From assembly GCF_900232105.1 (NCBI RefSeq), contig NZ_LT934425.1, positions 780,001 to 812,000 on the forward strand: DNA of 32,000 bases, read 5' to 3'. Both the position numbers and the translations under genes were made by a program. The notes under the pieces were generated by a model that had not been told where the DNA came from, made no database searches, and saw only the letters and a list, made by a program, of their open reading frames with translations. Shown here one piece after another: positions 8,269 through 16,839 of the stretch. The DNA is from Candidatus Kuenenia stuttgartensis. Lineage in GTDB: Bacteria > Planctomycetota > Brocadiia > Brocadiales > Brocadiaceae. How positions within the stretch are numbered: position 1 is the stretch's first letter; each line of letters opens with the position of its first letter.

Positions 8269-9684
8269 ATGAAAAAGATTCATGCGGTTATTATTACAGG
8301 GATTGTAATCCTTATGTGTATTCAGGTGAAGGCATTTTCATCTGAAGTCTATTTTACTCCTGATGAAATTAAAGAGAAAATCCTTAGCGAGATAGACGCT
8401 TGCCGCGAATCTATTGATATTGCCACGAGAAACATCACTTCAGTCGATATAGTAAATGCACTTGCGAAGGCAAAGGAGAGAGGGGTAGAGATAAGGATTG
8501 TTATTGACAGAAAACGTTTTCTCTCGAAGGGGATACTATCACAATATTGCGGGGAAAACGGGTTTGCCGTGAAGATATTGATCCAGAAAGGTATTATGAA
8601 CAATAACTATGCCATCTTTGATTCCAAACTGCTTGCAACAGGGTCTTATCTTTGGCATGAAAAAACAAGCAGGTTTAATTGCGAAAATGTCATTTTTATG
8701 GACAAAACTCCTGTATTGGTAAAATATCAAAGAGAATTTGACAGGTTATTTCATAAGGGTAAAGCCTCTCCTCTTAAAAAACAGACGTATATTGCGGAAG
8801 AAGCAGAGAAAAAGAGACCTGTAAAAGCGGTATCTGAAAACAGTGAAAAAAAGGCAGTTGAAGGAAAGGTGATAGCTTCAGGGTATGGCATAACAATTAC
8901 AGAAAATGCGGATGGCTTTATTGATATGAATTTTGAGGAGTTTGATAAAATATTTGGGGTGATAAGCGATTTGTCGGATAATCAAAAGGAAAATTTGTGG
9001 CGGAAATGTGAGGGCAGAAAGGTTAAGTGGCGCGGAAGGGTCAAATATATTGGATGGACGATTATTAACGGATGGCTAATGAATACTACTCACGGACATA
9101 CGAGTGTGGAAACAGACCTGAACCCTGAGCATAAGAAAAACTTTGCCGATGTTAAATATGGCAGTCTGGTAACGTACACAGGAGAACTTGCTTCGCTGGT
9201 AACAAAGGTATATCCTTATAAACTGAAAAACGGCAATGTAATCCGAATTGAAGACGATACTTCCAAACCATTAACAAAAGAGGAACTAACCGCTGACCCT
9301 TATACGACAGTTTTGTGTCAGGGACCCGGAAAAGAATATATAATAGAAACGCTTGCAGATTTGGAAAGTATGTTTGGCGAAGAGAGCGGTTTTTCCGCAG
9401 ATCAAAAAAGGGACAAATGGGACAAATTTGAGGGCAAATACCTGAGCTGGATGGGGAAGATCATATACAAGCATCTGGCGGCAGAAAACGATTTGCGCAT
9501 AGGGTTTGAACAACAGGAGGGCGGCCTGTGCAAATTAGAACTCAAGGTGAAAAAATCAAGAATAGATAATGTATCGGGATTTAATGAGGGTGATACAGTA
9601 ATCTATCAGGGGATGCTAACCAAAAGGTGGGGATTAGATATCCCTTATATCATAGAAGATGGAGATATATTGACCTTCAAGTAA
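8269..9684 (+). CDS. Secreted phospholipase D-like domain protein (degenerate HKD) with two C-terminal OB-like repeat domains
   Basis: ATG at 8269 preceded by AAGAAAGGG; signal peptide MKKIHAVIITGIVILMCIQVKAFS; PLD-like core EIKEKILSEIDACRESIDIATRNITSVDIVNALAKAKERGVEIRIVIDRKRF...MNNNYAIFDSKLLATGSYLW; two similar C-terminal modules. Confidence 0.7.
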   Translation: MKKIHAVIITGIVILMCIQVKAFSSEVYFTPDEIKEKILSEIDACRESIDIATRNITSVDIVNALAKAKERGVEIRIVIDRKRFLSKGILSQYCGENGFAVKILIQKGIMNNNYAIFDSKLLATGSYLWHEKTSRFNCENVIFMDKTPVLVKYQREFDRLFHKGKASPLKKQTYIAEEAEKKRPVKAVSENSEKKAVEGKVIASGYGITITENADGFIDMNFEEFDKIFGVISDLSDNQKENLWRKCEGRKVKWRGRVKYIGWTIINGWLMNTTHGHTSVETDLNPEHKKNFADVKYGSLVTYTGELASLVTKVYPYKLKNGNVIRIEDDTSKPLTKEELTADPYTTVLCQGPGKEYIIETLADLESMFGEESGFSADQKRDKWDKFEGKYLSWMGKIIYKHLAAENDLRIGFEQQEGGLCKLELKVKKSRIDNVSGFNEGDTVIYQGMLTKRWGLDIPYIIEDGDILTFK

Positions 9685-9801
9685 CATGGTATGCGGGCAG
9701 GAGCACCATAAGCACTAAGTTGTTTTTGATATTTTTCAGATGGAGTCCAATACGAAAGTCGGCAGTCGGCAATCGAATATTGAACAATTAAACTGGATTT
9801 A

Positions 9802-9921
9802 TTTAACAGGGTGAAATATTCGTTATTCATTCGCGTCTATTAGCGTGTATTCGCGGTTAATAAAGTAACCGCGAATACACGCTAATAAACGCGAATATGG
9901 AAATTTCATTACACGGTTAAA
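9802..9921. repeat. ~120-bp extragenic palindromic element
   Basis: CATTCGCGTCTATTAGCGTGTATTCGCGGTTA (9828-9859) pairs with TAACCGCGAATACACGCTAATAAACGCGAATA (9866-9897), 30/32 positions, 6-nt loop. Weaker outer arms are TTTAACAGGGTGAAAT and its counterpart. Confidence 0.85.
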
Positions 9922-9973
9922 TTAATCCGTGGTTTAGTTGCTTTCTGTTTTTTGCAATGAGGAGATGGTAGTT

Positions 9974-11806
9974 ATGGCAAAAAATGTATTCATAATAAAA
10001 AGTCTTCTTTTTTTCATGCTTGCCGTGCTAAACACAGTAGCGTTTGGGGAAGAAAATTATGAAGAGTGTATCAATAAGGGGAATATCCTTATACATAAAC
10101 AGAACTATCAGGATGCGCTTCACGAGTACGAACGCGCCATTTCCCTGAAACCCGATGCGCCGGAGGCATGGTATAACAAAGCAGCCGTACTTGATTATAT
10201 GGGTGATTTTGAAAGAGCCATAGAAGCCGCTGATATGGCAGTTCAATCGAAACCTGATTACTGGGAAGCGTGGTATATGAAAGGAAGGGCTTCAGACCAC
10301 ACAGGAAAATATTATGAGGCAATTAAGGCATTCGACAAGGCATTAGAAATAAAACCGGATGCTTTGATGGTTTTATATAACAAGGGAAACGTACATGACC
10401 ACATAGGCGATATCGAAGCATCGGTAAAGACGTATGACTCTATCCTGAAATTAAAACCTGATGAATATGAAGCATGGAATAATAAAGGATTGGCATTGGC
10501 GAGAATTCCGGAAAAAAGGGGCATAGCGCTGGAAGCTTATGATCAGGCAATAAGAATAAATCCGGTATATTATGAAGCCTGGATTAATAAGGGAAACTGT
10601 TTCGTTAGGTTGCGCAGGTATGGCGAAGCGATTGATGCATACGATACCGCAATAAAAATAAGGCCTAAGGAACATGCGGCATGGGCGAATAAAGGCTTTA
10701 CACTCGCTGACATGGGAAAACATGAAGAGGCCGTAGACGCTTTTAATAAAGCAATTGAGCTGAGCCCGGGTTCGTATGCAGCATGGAATGGCAAAGGACT
10801 CGCATTGGACTCACTGTCCAGATACGAGGATGCCCTGAAAGCATATGAGAAGACCATTGAGATACAACCGGATTCTTATGGGGCATGGACAAATATGGGG
10901 TTGACCTTGTCCCGTTTAAAAAGACATGATGAAGCCGTTGCTGCATATGAAAAGGCATTGATAATACAGCCTGATTCGTATGAAACAATGACGAATAAAG
11001 GCTGCGAATTGTTTCACCTCGGAAACTATGTTGAAGCAATAAAGGCATTTGACCGGGCAATAGAATTGCAGCCGGATTACGCGGAGGCTTGGAAAAACAA
11101 GGGAAATGCCCTGGCCAGGATGGGGTGGCTTGAAGAGGCGACAGAATCATTTGCAAAGGTAGGACAAATTATTACTGATGAAGAAGCTGTGAACGTTCCC
11201 CGTTTATCAAAAATCAAACTGGAAGCGTTACAAAACAACGGCATTGCACTTATCCGTCTCAACAAGTATGCTGACGCCGTAAACGTTTACAATAATGCGT
11301 TACGGATTAAAAATGATGATTTTGATGTATGGATGAATAAAGGGATTTCCCATTCATTTTTAAATGAATACGAAGAGGCGTTAACCGCCTTTGATAAAGC
11401 GGCGTTATTAGAAAGCAATGCATATGAAGCATTTAATTACAAAGGGTACGTATTGGAAGAAATGGGAAAATATCAGGAGGCGCTTGATGCTTATGACAAT
11501 GCGCTCCGGTTAAAACCAGACTTTCCTGAAGCAATGAACAATAAGGGACTTTTGCTGGATAACATTGGCAATCACGAAGATGCTGTAAAAATGTATAACA
11601 ACGCACTACGTATCAACCCCGATTTTGACGCAGTATTATTTAATAAGGCCTGCGCACTTTCATTGCTATCAAGAAAAGAAGAAGCCCTTGATTCATTAGA
11701 GAAAGCGGTGCAATTAAATCCCCTGCATAAGAATGCCGCCCGCAACAGCCCTGATTTTATAAAATATAAGGGAGATGCCGGCTTCGGGAAGATTGTAAGT
11801 GAATAG
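9974..11806 (+). CDS. Exported tetratricopeptide-repeat protein with about 16 TPR units
   Basis: Signal peptide MAKNVFIIKSLLFFMLAVLNTVAFG, then a near-uninterrupted 34-aa periodicity of [AW]xNKGxxLxxxGxYEEAixAydkAixixPdxxe. Confidence 0.9.
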   Translation: MAKNVFIIKSLLFFMLAVLNTVAFGEENYEECINKGNILIHKQNYQDALHEYERAISLKPDAPEAWYNKAAVLDYMGDFERAIEAADMAVQSKPDYWEAWYMKGRASDHTGKYYEAIKAFDKALEIKPDALMVLYNKGNVHDHIGDIEASVKTYDSILKLKPDEYEAWNNKGLALARIPEKRGIALEAYDQAIRINPVYYEAWINKGNCFVRLRRYGEAIDAYDTAIKIRPKEHAAWANKGFTLADMGKHEEAVDAFNKAIELSPGSYAAWNGKGLALDSLSRYEDALKAYEKTIEIQPDSYGAWTNMGLTLSRLKRHDEAVAAYEKALIIQPDSYETMTNKGCELFHLGNYVEAIKAFDRAIELQPDYAEAWKNKGNALARMGWLEEATESFAKVGQIITDEEAVNVPRLSKIKLEALQNNGIALIRLNKYADAVNVYNNALRIKNDDFDVWMNKGISHSFLNEYEEALTAFDKAALLESNAYEAFNYKGYVLEEMGKYQEALDAYDNALRLKPDFPEAMNNKGLLLDNIGNHEDAVKMYNNALRINPDFDAVLFNKACALSLLSRKEEALDSLEKAVQLNPLHKNAARNSPDFIKYKGDAGFGKIVSE

Positions 11807-11935
11807 TATGGTCAAATAATATAATAATGGTTTTTTGTAACCCTTCGGCTAAGCTCACTACGAAGCCTGAACCACACGTTTTATACTTTCAAACCAGCCT
11901 TCGATTAGCACTACAAATTCAAAATTCGCAACACT

Positions 11936-13384
11936 TTAGCTTCCGGATGGTTGAAAGGTTAATTTGAGTATTTTTTTTGTATTGCCAGTAACCTTAACGC
12001 TGTTATCCAGACATATTCCGACGATCCATACCGGTTTATTATTCATAGCAATTATAGGTATGAGGCTGCGTTTTCCCTGGGGTATTTTTTTATCGATAAA
12101 TAGTTTTTTCACTTTCTTACTGCCCCGAGTTCCCAATGGAGAAATGGTATCTCCGCTATTTCTCTTTCTTAAGAGAAGTGGTTCTTTAACGCTTTCGAAA
12201 TCCAGTATCTCTTCATATCTTGTTTTCGTTAATATAAATTTTTCGAGCGACACATCCTTACTCTCCGGAAGCTCTGCGGTTAAACTGCCAAGACCCACAA
12301 TTTGGGTTGTCCCGGGTATTTTCAAGGGAATCTCCGGTAATTCTGTAAATGTTTCCCGGGAAAACCCCTTTTCTAAAAAAAGCCTTCCCCGCTCATACCG
12401 TAAGGTAATTTTACCCGGTAATTGGAATTTCCTGGCATTCCCTTTTTGCGCCAGACCTTCGAGTATCATGGAATAATGTCCATAATGTATGGCTTTCAGA
12501 GGGATATGCATTACGTGCAACAATTTCTGCAGCAGCAGGAATTGCAGAATTTTTGGTTGTTTCAGGAGAAACCCGGCGTTAAGAACATATGCATTGTCTG
12601 GTTCTTTCACAATGGCGTTTTCAAATACTGATTCGCATGCTGCAAGGAGGTATTCATTGTTTATCGTAAGTATCTGCGATAATCGGGACAGGGCGTTTTT
12701 TATATTAGGATTGTATTTATGTTCCAATAAAGGAATGAGTTCATGACGTATCCTGTTCCTCGTGTATTCCTTTTCATAATTAGATGCGTCGACCCGGTAT
12801 TTCGTCTTATCTTTATTGAGATATTCGAGAATCTCTTTTTTCCATGCAAATAACAGAGGCCGAATGATCAACTGCGGCGTACCCGGAGATAACAGACGTT
12901 TAATGGGTATTCCTCCAAGACCGGGAGCGCCGGTTCCCCTGATTATTCTGTGGAGAATGGTTTCTGCATTGTCATCGGCATTGTGTCCGGTTGCTACATG
13001 AGAAACATTGTAGTTTTGCGATGCCTCGGAATAAAATGTATATCTCTCTTTGCGTGCCATTTCTTCCAGCGAAAGTTTGGTTTCTGAAGCGATCTTTCCG
13101 ATATTTACCCTTTTTGAAATAAATGGCAGTGAGAGTTTGTTTGCTAAATCCTGGACGAATTGTTCATCTTCTTCTGAAAAATCACCACGAAGCTGATGAT
13201 TAAGGTGCGCCACATATAATCGCAAACGCAGGTTTTTTGCAGCATTAAGAAAATGAAGGGTTTTCAGTAGAGCGACAGAATCAGGCCCGCCGGAAACACC
13301 GACAATGACTGAATCATCTGGTTGAATAAGCTGGTATTTACAGATAATTTTGAATATGTTTTCGACAAATGGATACAGTTTCAT
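11936..13384 (-). CDS. tilS: tRNA(Ile)-lysidine synthase TilS
   Basis: PP-loop VIVGVSGGPDSVALLKTLHFL; YVAHLNHQLRGDFSEEDEQFV; ATGHNADDNAETILHRIIRGTGAPGLGGIPIKR; NYEKEYTRNRIRHELIPLL. Confidence 0.93.
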   Translation of the reverse strand: MKLYPFVENIFKIICKYQLIQPDDSVIVGVSGGPDSVALLKTLHFLNAAKNLRLRLYVAHLNHQLRGDFSEEDEQFVQDLANKLSLPFISKRVNIGKIASETKLSLEEMARKERYTFYSEASQNYNVSHVATGHNADDNAETILHRIIRGTGAPGLGGIPIKRLLSPGTPQLIIRPLLFAWKKEILEYLNKDKTKYRVDASNYEKEYTRNRIRHELIPLLEHKYNPNIKNALSRLSQILTINNEYLLAACESVFENAIVKEPDNAYVLNAGFLLKQPKILQFLLLQKLLHVMHIPLKAIHYGHYSMILEGLAQKGNARKFQLPGKITLRYERGRLFLEKGFSRETFTELPEIPLKIPGTTQIVGLGSLTAELPESKDVSLEKFILTKTRYEEILDFESVKEPLLLRKRNSGDTISPLGTRGSKKVKKLFIDKKIPQGKRSLIPIIAMNNKPVWIVGICLDNSVKVTGNTKKILKLTFQPSGS

Positions 13385-13638
13385 AATTAATGGGAAGAAG
13401 ACACTATTCTACTGTTTTTGGTTAAAATAGGATATAAGCATCATTTGATGAGAACTATATCCCTTCCTCCCTAATAAATCAAGCAGAGAAATGGATTGAC
13501 TTTGCAGGTGAGGTGCGTAAAATATTCATACATAGTGAAATTGTTGATTTTAGTAATTTTCTAATTAAACAAATGTATTACATCCATCTCCGTGTATTGA
13601 CGTTTTTTTGCTTCTTCATTACAGGTTTAGAAAAAGAT

Positions 13639-14139
13639 ATGCGTATGAACAGGACATTAAAATATTTTTTTCCTGCTGTACTTTCCCTTTGCATTATAGT
13701 ATACCATTGCATAAAAAATGATTGCTACGGGAACCATGAAAAGAAAACAGAGCAAATAACGGTATCCGGAACAGACATAGAGGTAGAGTTGGCGATTACC
13801 CCTGAAGAACACATGGCAGGGCTAATGTATCGTAATACCTTAGAAGATAATAAAGGCATGCTCTTTGTCTTTCCGGATGAAAAGAGGCTTTCATTCTGGA
13901 TGAAGAATACCTATGTGCCTCTTTCTGTTGCATTTATAGATGAGAATGGACGGATTACCCAGATAGAAACAATGAAACCCAGGAGCCTCGATCTTCATGA
14001 CTCACGCGAAAAGGTTCGCTACGCCCTGGAAATGAAATCTAATTGGTTTGAAATACATAATGTGCGGGAAGGAGATGTAGTGAAAATGCCACCGCGCATT
14101 ATCGCAAATGGAGAATCTCGTAATGGTAAGAATTGGTAA
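13639..14139 (+). CDS. DUF192 family exported/membrane-anchored protein
   Basis: VELAITPEEHMAGLMYRNTLEDNKGMLFVFPDEKRLSFWMKNTYVPLSVAFIDENGRITQIETMKP. The start was chosen at the hydrophobic N-terminus (ATG 13639 or 13645); the frame stays open upstream to 13513. Confidence 0.85.
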   Translation: MRMNRTLKYFFPAVLSLCIIVYHCIKNDCYGNHEKKTEQITVSGTDIEVELAITPEEHMAGLMYRNTLEDNKGMLFVFPDEKRLSFWMKNTYVPLSVAFIDENGRITQIETMKPRSLDLHDSREKVRYALEMKSNWFEIHNVREGDVVKMPPRIIANGESRNGKNW

Positions 14140-14333
14140 CACTTTAGTTCTTTGAAAAATTCCAATAATCCCGAAGGGATGAAATGATTATAGAAATTAT
14201 ACAAAAAACCCATAATTAACCCCGAAGGGGTGATATAATTTTATCTTTCATGAAACACCGAACATTCTATAATCATATTACCCCTTCGGGGTTATTCTTT
14301 TTTCCCGGAATTTTTCAAAAAGCTAAAGTGTTA
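14137..14333. repeat. MITE-like element with 27-nt terminal inverted repeats and nested CCCGAAGGG palindromes
   Basis: Left TAACACTTTAGTTCTTTGAAAAATTCC (14137-14163). Right GGAATTTTTCAAAAAGCTAAAGTGTTA (14307-14333), whose reverse complement is TAACACTTTAGCTTTTTGAAAAATTCC. Internal palindromes are CCCGAAGGG (14170-14178), CCCCGAAGGGG (14220-14230) and CCCCTTCGGGG (14281-14291). Confidence 0.8.
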
Positions 14334-14405
14334 CAAGAATTGAAATTTTAAGCAACAATGTAGTTTTTGAAAAATCTCCATTTTAACTATTTTTACAGAA
14401 AATAT

Positions 14406-15050
14406 ATGCATATGACACAGCAAAGTATTATTAACGAAAAAGATGGCTCTGAAATGGTGTATGTGTCTGCCGGTAATTTTGTTATGGGAGAGGACAGGAA
14501 GGTTGTGTATGTCGATGCATTTTATATTGATAAGTTTCCCATAACGAATTCCCAATATAAGAAGTTTATTGATGAAGCTGGCGCGAAACACCCTTCTTTC
14601 TGGAATAATGAACGATTTAACAAACCACTGCAACCAGTGGTAGGGGTAAGCTGGAGTGATGCGGTTGCATATGCGAAATGGGCGGGAAAACGACTCCCTA
14701 AAGAAAAAGAGTGGGGCAAGGCTGCCCGGGGGATTGACGGAAGGGAATACCCGTGGGGAAACATGCAGCCTGACCATACGCTGGCCGTATTTAATCTCGA
14801 CCCTAATACTGGCGCCCCGGCGGCGGTAGGAGCCAGAAAGGAAGGCGCAAGTCCTTATGGGTGCTATGATATGTCGGGGAATGTTTGGGAATGGTGCGAG
14901 GATTGGTATGAAGAAGGAAAATACCGTGTAGTGAGAGGAGGCTCATGGTTGAATCATCATTATATTCTCAGGAGCGCTTATCGTAGTTGCAGTTATCCCG
15001 AAGGACGGGATAACAACGTAGGTTTTCGTTGCGTAAAAGACGCTGAATAA
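14406..15050 (+). CDS. Formylglycine-generating-enzyme-like (SUMF1/FGE-sulfatase fold) protein, probably not a true FGE
   Basis: MVYVSAGNFVMGEDRKVVYVDAFYIDKFPITNSQYKKFIDE, GVSWSDAVAYAKWAGKRLPKEKEWGKAARG, YGCYDMSGNVWEWCEDWY, RVVRGGSW, RDNNVGFRCV. ATG at 14406/14412; the track start at 14367 is TTG. Confidence 0.85.
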   Translation: MHMTQQSIINEKDGSEMVYVSAGNFVMGEDRKVVYVDAFYIDKFPITNSQYKKFIDEAGAKHPSFWNNERFNKPLQPVVGVSWSDAVAYAKWAGKRLPKEKEWGKAARGIDGREYPWGNMQPDHTLAVFNLDPNTGAPAAVGARKEGASPYGCYDMSGNVWEWCEDWYEEGKYRVVRGGSWLNHHYILRSAYRSCSYPEGRDNNVGFRCVKDAE

Positions 15051-15079
15051 AATACCAAGTATATATTGGGATGAGATAT

Positions 15080-15517
15080 TTAACTTTTTTTGATACCAAG
15101 CGCACTTAATGACATCCGGATATCATAGTTGCCTTTAAATTCGTACTCTTCATCAAAGACCTTTTTAAAGTTATAAATATTTTTAAAATCATCTTTCGAA
15201 TCCGTTTCTGTTTTCCCCATCAAACCGCTTTCAACAAGATTGAAGACGATATTCCCAAAATCAATATCCTCCTTTATACCCCATTGTTCAAATACAGTTA
15301 AGGCCATAAAACCAAATTGCTTCAAAGCATAACGTTTAATCCCCTCCAAAAGTTCTTTTCCCGTCACATGACGGCCTGAATCAGCGGCCTTATATTGAGT
15401 TTTGCCTAGCATGTTTGTGGTAAATTCCAGTGCCTCGAATACAAATTGATAAGCCATCGGGGAATAGCGCGGGTCTTTTTTTTCTATTTCCTTTATTTTG
15501 TTCCAGGGGTTTTTCAT
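15080..15517 (-). CDS. Minf_1886 / planctomycete-verrucomicrobia conserved hypothetical family protein
   Basis: RYSPMAYQFVFEALEFTTNMLGK...HVTGKELLEGIKRYALKQFGFMALTVFEQWGIKEDIDFGNIVFNLVESGLMGKTETDSKDDF resembles the recalled family pattern; no search was run. Confidence 0.6.
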   Translation of the reverse strand: MKNPWNKIKEIEKKDPRYSPMAYQFVFEALEFTTNMLGKTQYKAADSGRHVTGKELLEGIKRYALKQFGFMALTVFEQWGIKEDIDFGNIVFNLVESGLMGKTETDSKDDFKNIYNFKKVFDEEYEFKGNYDIRMSLSALGIKKS

Positions 15518-15593
15518 TTTCGTTTCTCTAAGAAAAAGCTTACCGTATTTCCGGGGAAAAGTATTAATTATTGGTAATTTTTCAGCATTGTAA

Positions 15594-15637
15594 AACTAAG
15601 CGATTGCTTAGTTAAGAGCGAAGTGACACTTCGCTCT
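15594..15637. terminator. Two adjacent hairpins between hisC and the Minf_1886-like gene
   Basis: AACTAAGC-GATT-GCTTAGTT (15594-15613) and the perfect odd palindrome AGAGCGAAGTGACACTTCGCTCT (15615-15637). No strong T-tract on either side. Confidence 0.4.
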
Positions 15638-15695
15638 GCATTTCAGCCACAGAGCCGCAAAGTTTTTTAGAAAACATCACCTCTGTAGCTACATA

Positions 15696-15712
15696 GTTAC
15701 AATTATTGTAAC
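15696..15712 (-). terminator. AT-rich palindrome immediately after the hisC stop
   Basis: GTTACAATTATTGTAAC, 8-bp stem around one central T, 3 nt past the hisC stop on the minus strand. Terminator function is weakly supported because there is no T-tract. Confidence 0.3.
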
Positions 15713-15715
15713 AAT

Positions 15716-16825
15716 TTAATGTATGTTTCCTGCTCCGGCAATTAGCAGGTCTTTTAGATTTTTTATTAAGAGGTCAATTTCTTCCTGCGTTCCTATCGTA
15801 ATGCGCAGGCAATCATCAAGCCGTCTTATGTTAAAGTATCTTACCAAAATCTTCCGTTTTTTTAATTCATTATATAAATTCTGTGCAGAAACCCCCTTCA
15901 TACATCTGGCTAAAACAAAATTGGCATGAGATGGATAAATGAAAAAACCCATTCCCTGCAATGCCTTTGTAAGGTACTCTCTTGTTTTTATGATTTTCTC
16001 GACATGCTCCATCATGGTCTTTTGATCTTCCATAGCTGCCACTGCGGCTACTATGCCTAACCGGTCAACATTATATGAATCTTTTACCTTCATCATCCCT
16101 TGTATAAGAGATTCTTGCGCTACGCAAAAACCAAACCGAATGCCTGCAAGTGAATACGATTTTGAGAGTGTACGCAAAAGGAGTACATTATCATGCCTTT
16201 CTACCAATGGCAAGCAGTTCTCGTCGGAGAAATCCGCATATGCTTCATCAATAACAAGCACTCCATCAATTTCAGACGCCAGTCTTGATATTTCCCGGGG
16301 AGAAATCATTGTGCCCGAAGGCGAATTGGGATTTGCGATAAAAGAAACTTTTGCCCCTTTTACGATGAAATCTTCAGGGAGGATATAATCTTCCGTAAAA
16401 TCAATCATACATGCAGCGCCGTTTTGTAATTCAGAAAGGGTTTTATAGAGCATATAGGAAGGGTAGGGAAAAACTATTTTATCACCAGGCCCTGCAAAAC
16501 TGCGAACTATTATAGAAAGAAGATCGTCCGACCCATTCCCGGCCATGACACGTTCCGGTTTTGTTTTAAGTACTTCCGCAATTTTTAATCGTGCCGCCAT
16601 TGCGACCGGGTCAGGATACAAACGAAGCGTTTCGTTTAATGAATTACGTATTGCTTCCAAAACATGCTGTGACGGCGGATAGGGATTTTCATTTGTATTT
16701 AGCTTTGTGTAAACACCATCCCTTGGTTGTTCACCCGGTATATAACCGGTCATTTTTTCAATATGTTCTTTAAAATAACTCAAGAGAATGCTCCAATGAA
16801 TAAAACAGTAGTGATAGTGAGCCAA
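15716..16825 (-). CDS. hisC: Histidinol-phosphate aminotransferase
   Basis: GYIPGEQPRDGVYTKLNTNENPYPPSQHVLEAI, MAGNGSDDLLSIIVRSFAGPGD, PNSPSGTMI, VLIDEAYADFSDE, LLRTLSKSYSLAGIRFG (PLP Lys), NFVLARC. The true start is likely some 10-15 codons inside the ORF. Confidence 0.93.
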   Translation of the reverse strand: MAHYHYCFIHWSILLSYFKEHIEKMTGYIPGEQPRDGVYTKLNTNENPYPPSQHVLEAIRNSLNETLRLYPDPVAMAARLKIAEVLKTKPERVMAGNGSDDLLSIIVRSFAGPGDKIVFPYPSYMLYKTLSELQNGAACMIDFTEDYILPEDFIVKGAKVSFIANPNSPSGTMISPREISRLASEIDGVLVIDEAYADFSDENCLPLVERHDNVLLLRTLSKSYSLAGIRFGFCVAQESLIQGMMKVKDSYNVDRLGIVAAVAAMEDQKTMMEHVEKIIKTREYLTKALQGMGFFIYPSHANFVLARCMKGVSAQNLYNELKKRKILVRYFNIRRLDDCLRITIGTQEEIDLLIKNLKDLLIAGAGNIH

Positions 16826-16839
16826 GAACTACGTTACTT

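Noticed and set aside
10089-11265. Series of minus-strand ORFs inside the TPR gene
   Set aside because: They mirror the TPR repeat periodicity and have no independent motif support.
9938-11806. The 102-nt periodicity of the TPR gene considered as a DNA repeat or CRISPR-like array
   Set aside because: The periodicity is at protein level (34 aa) with diverged nucleotides and no identical repeats with unique spacers.
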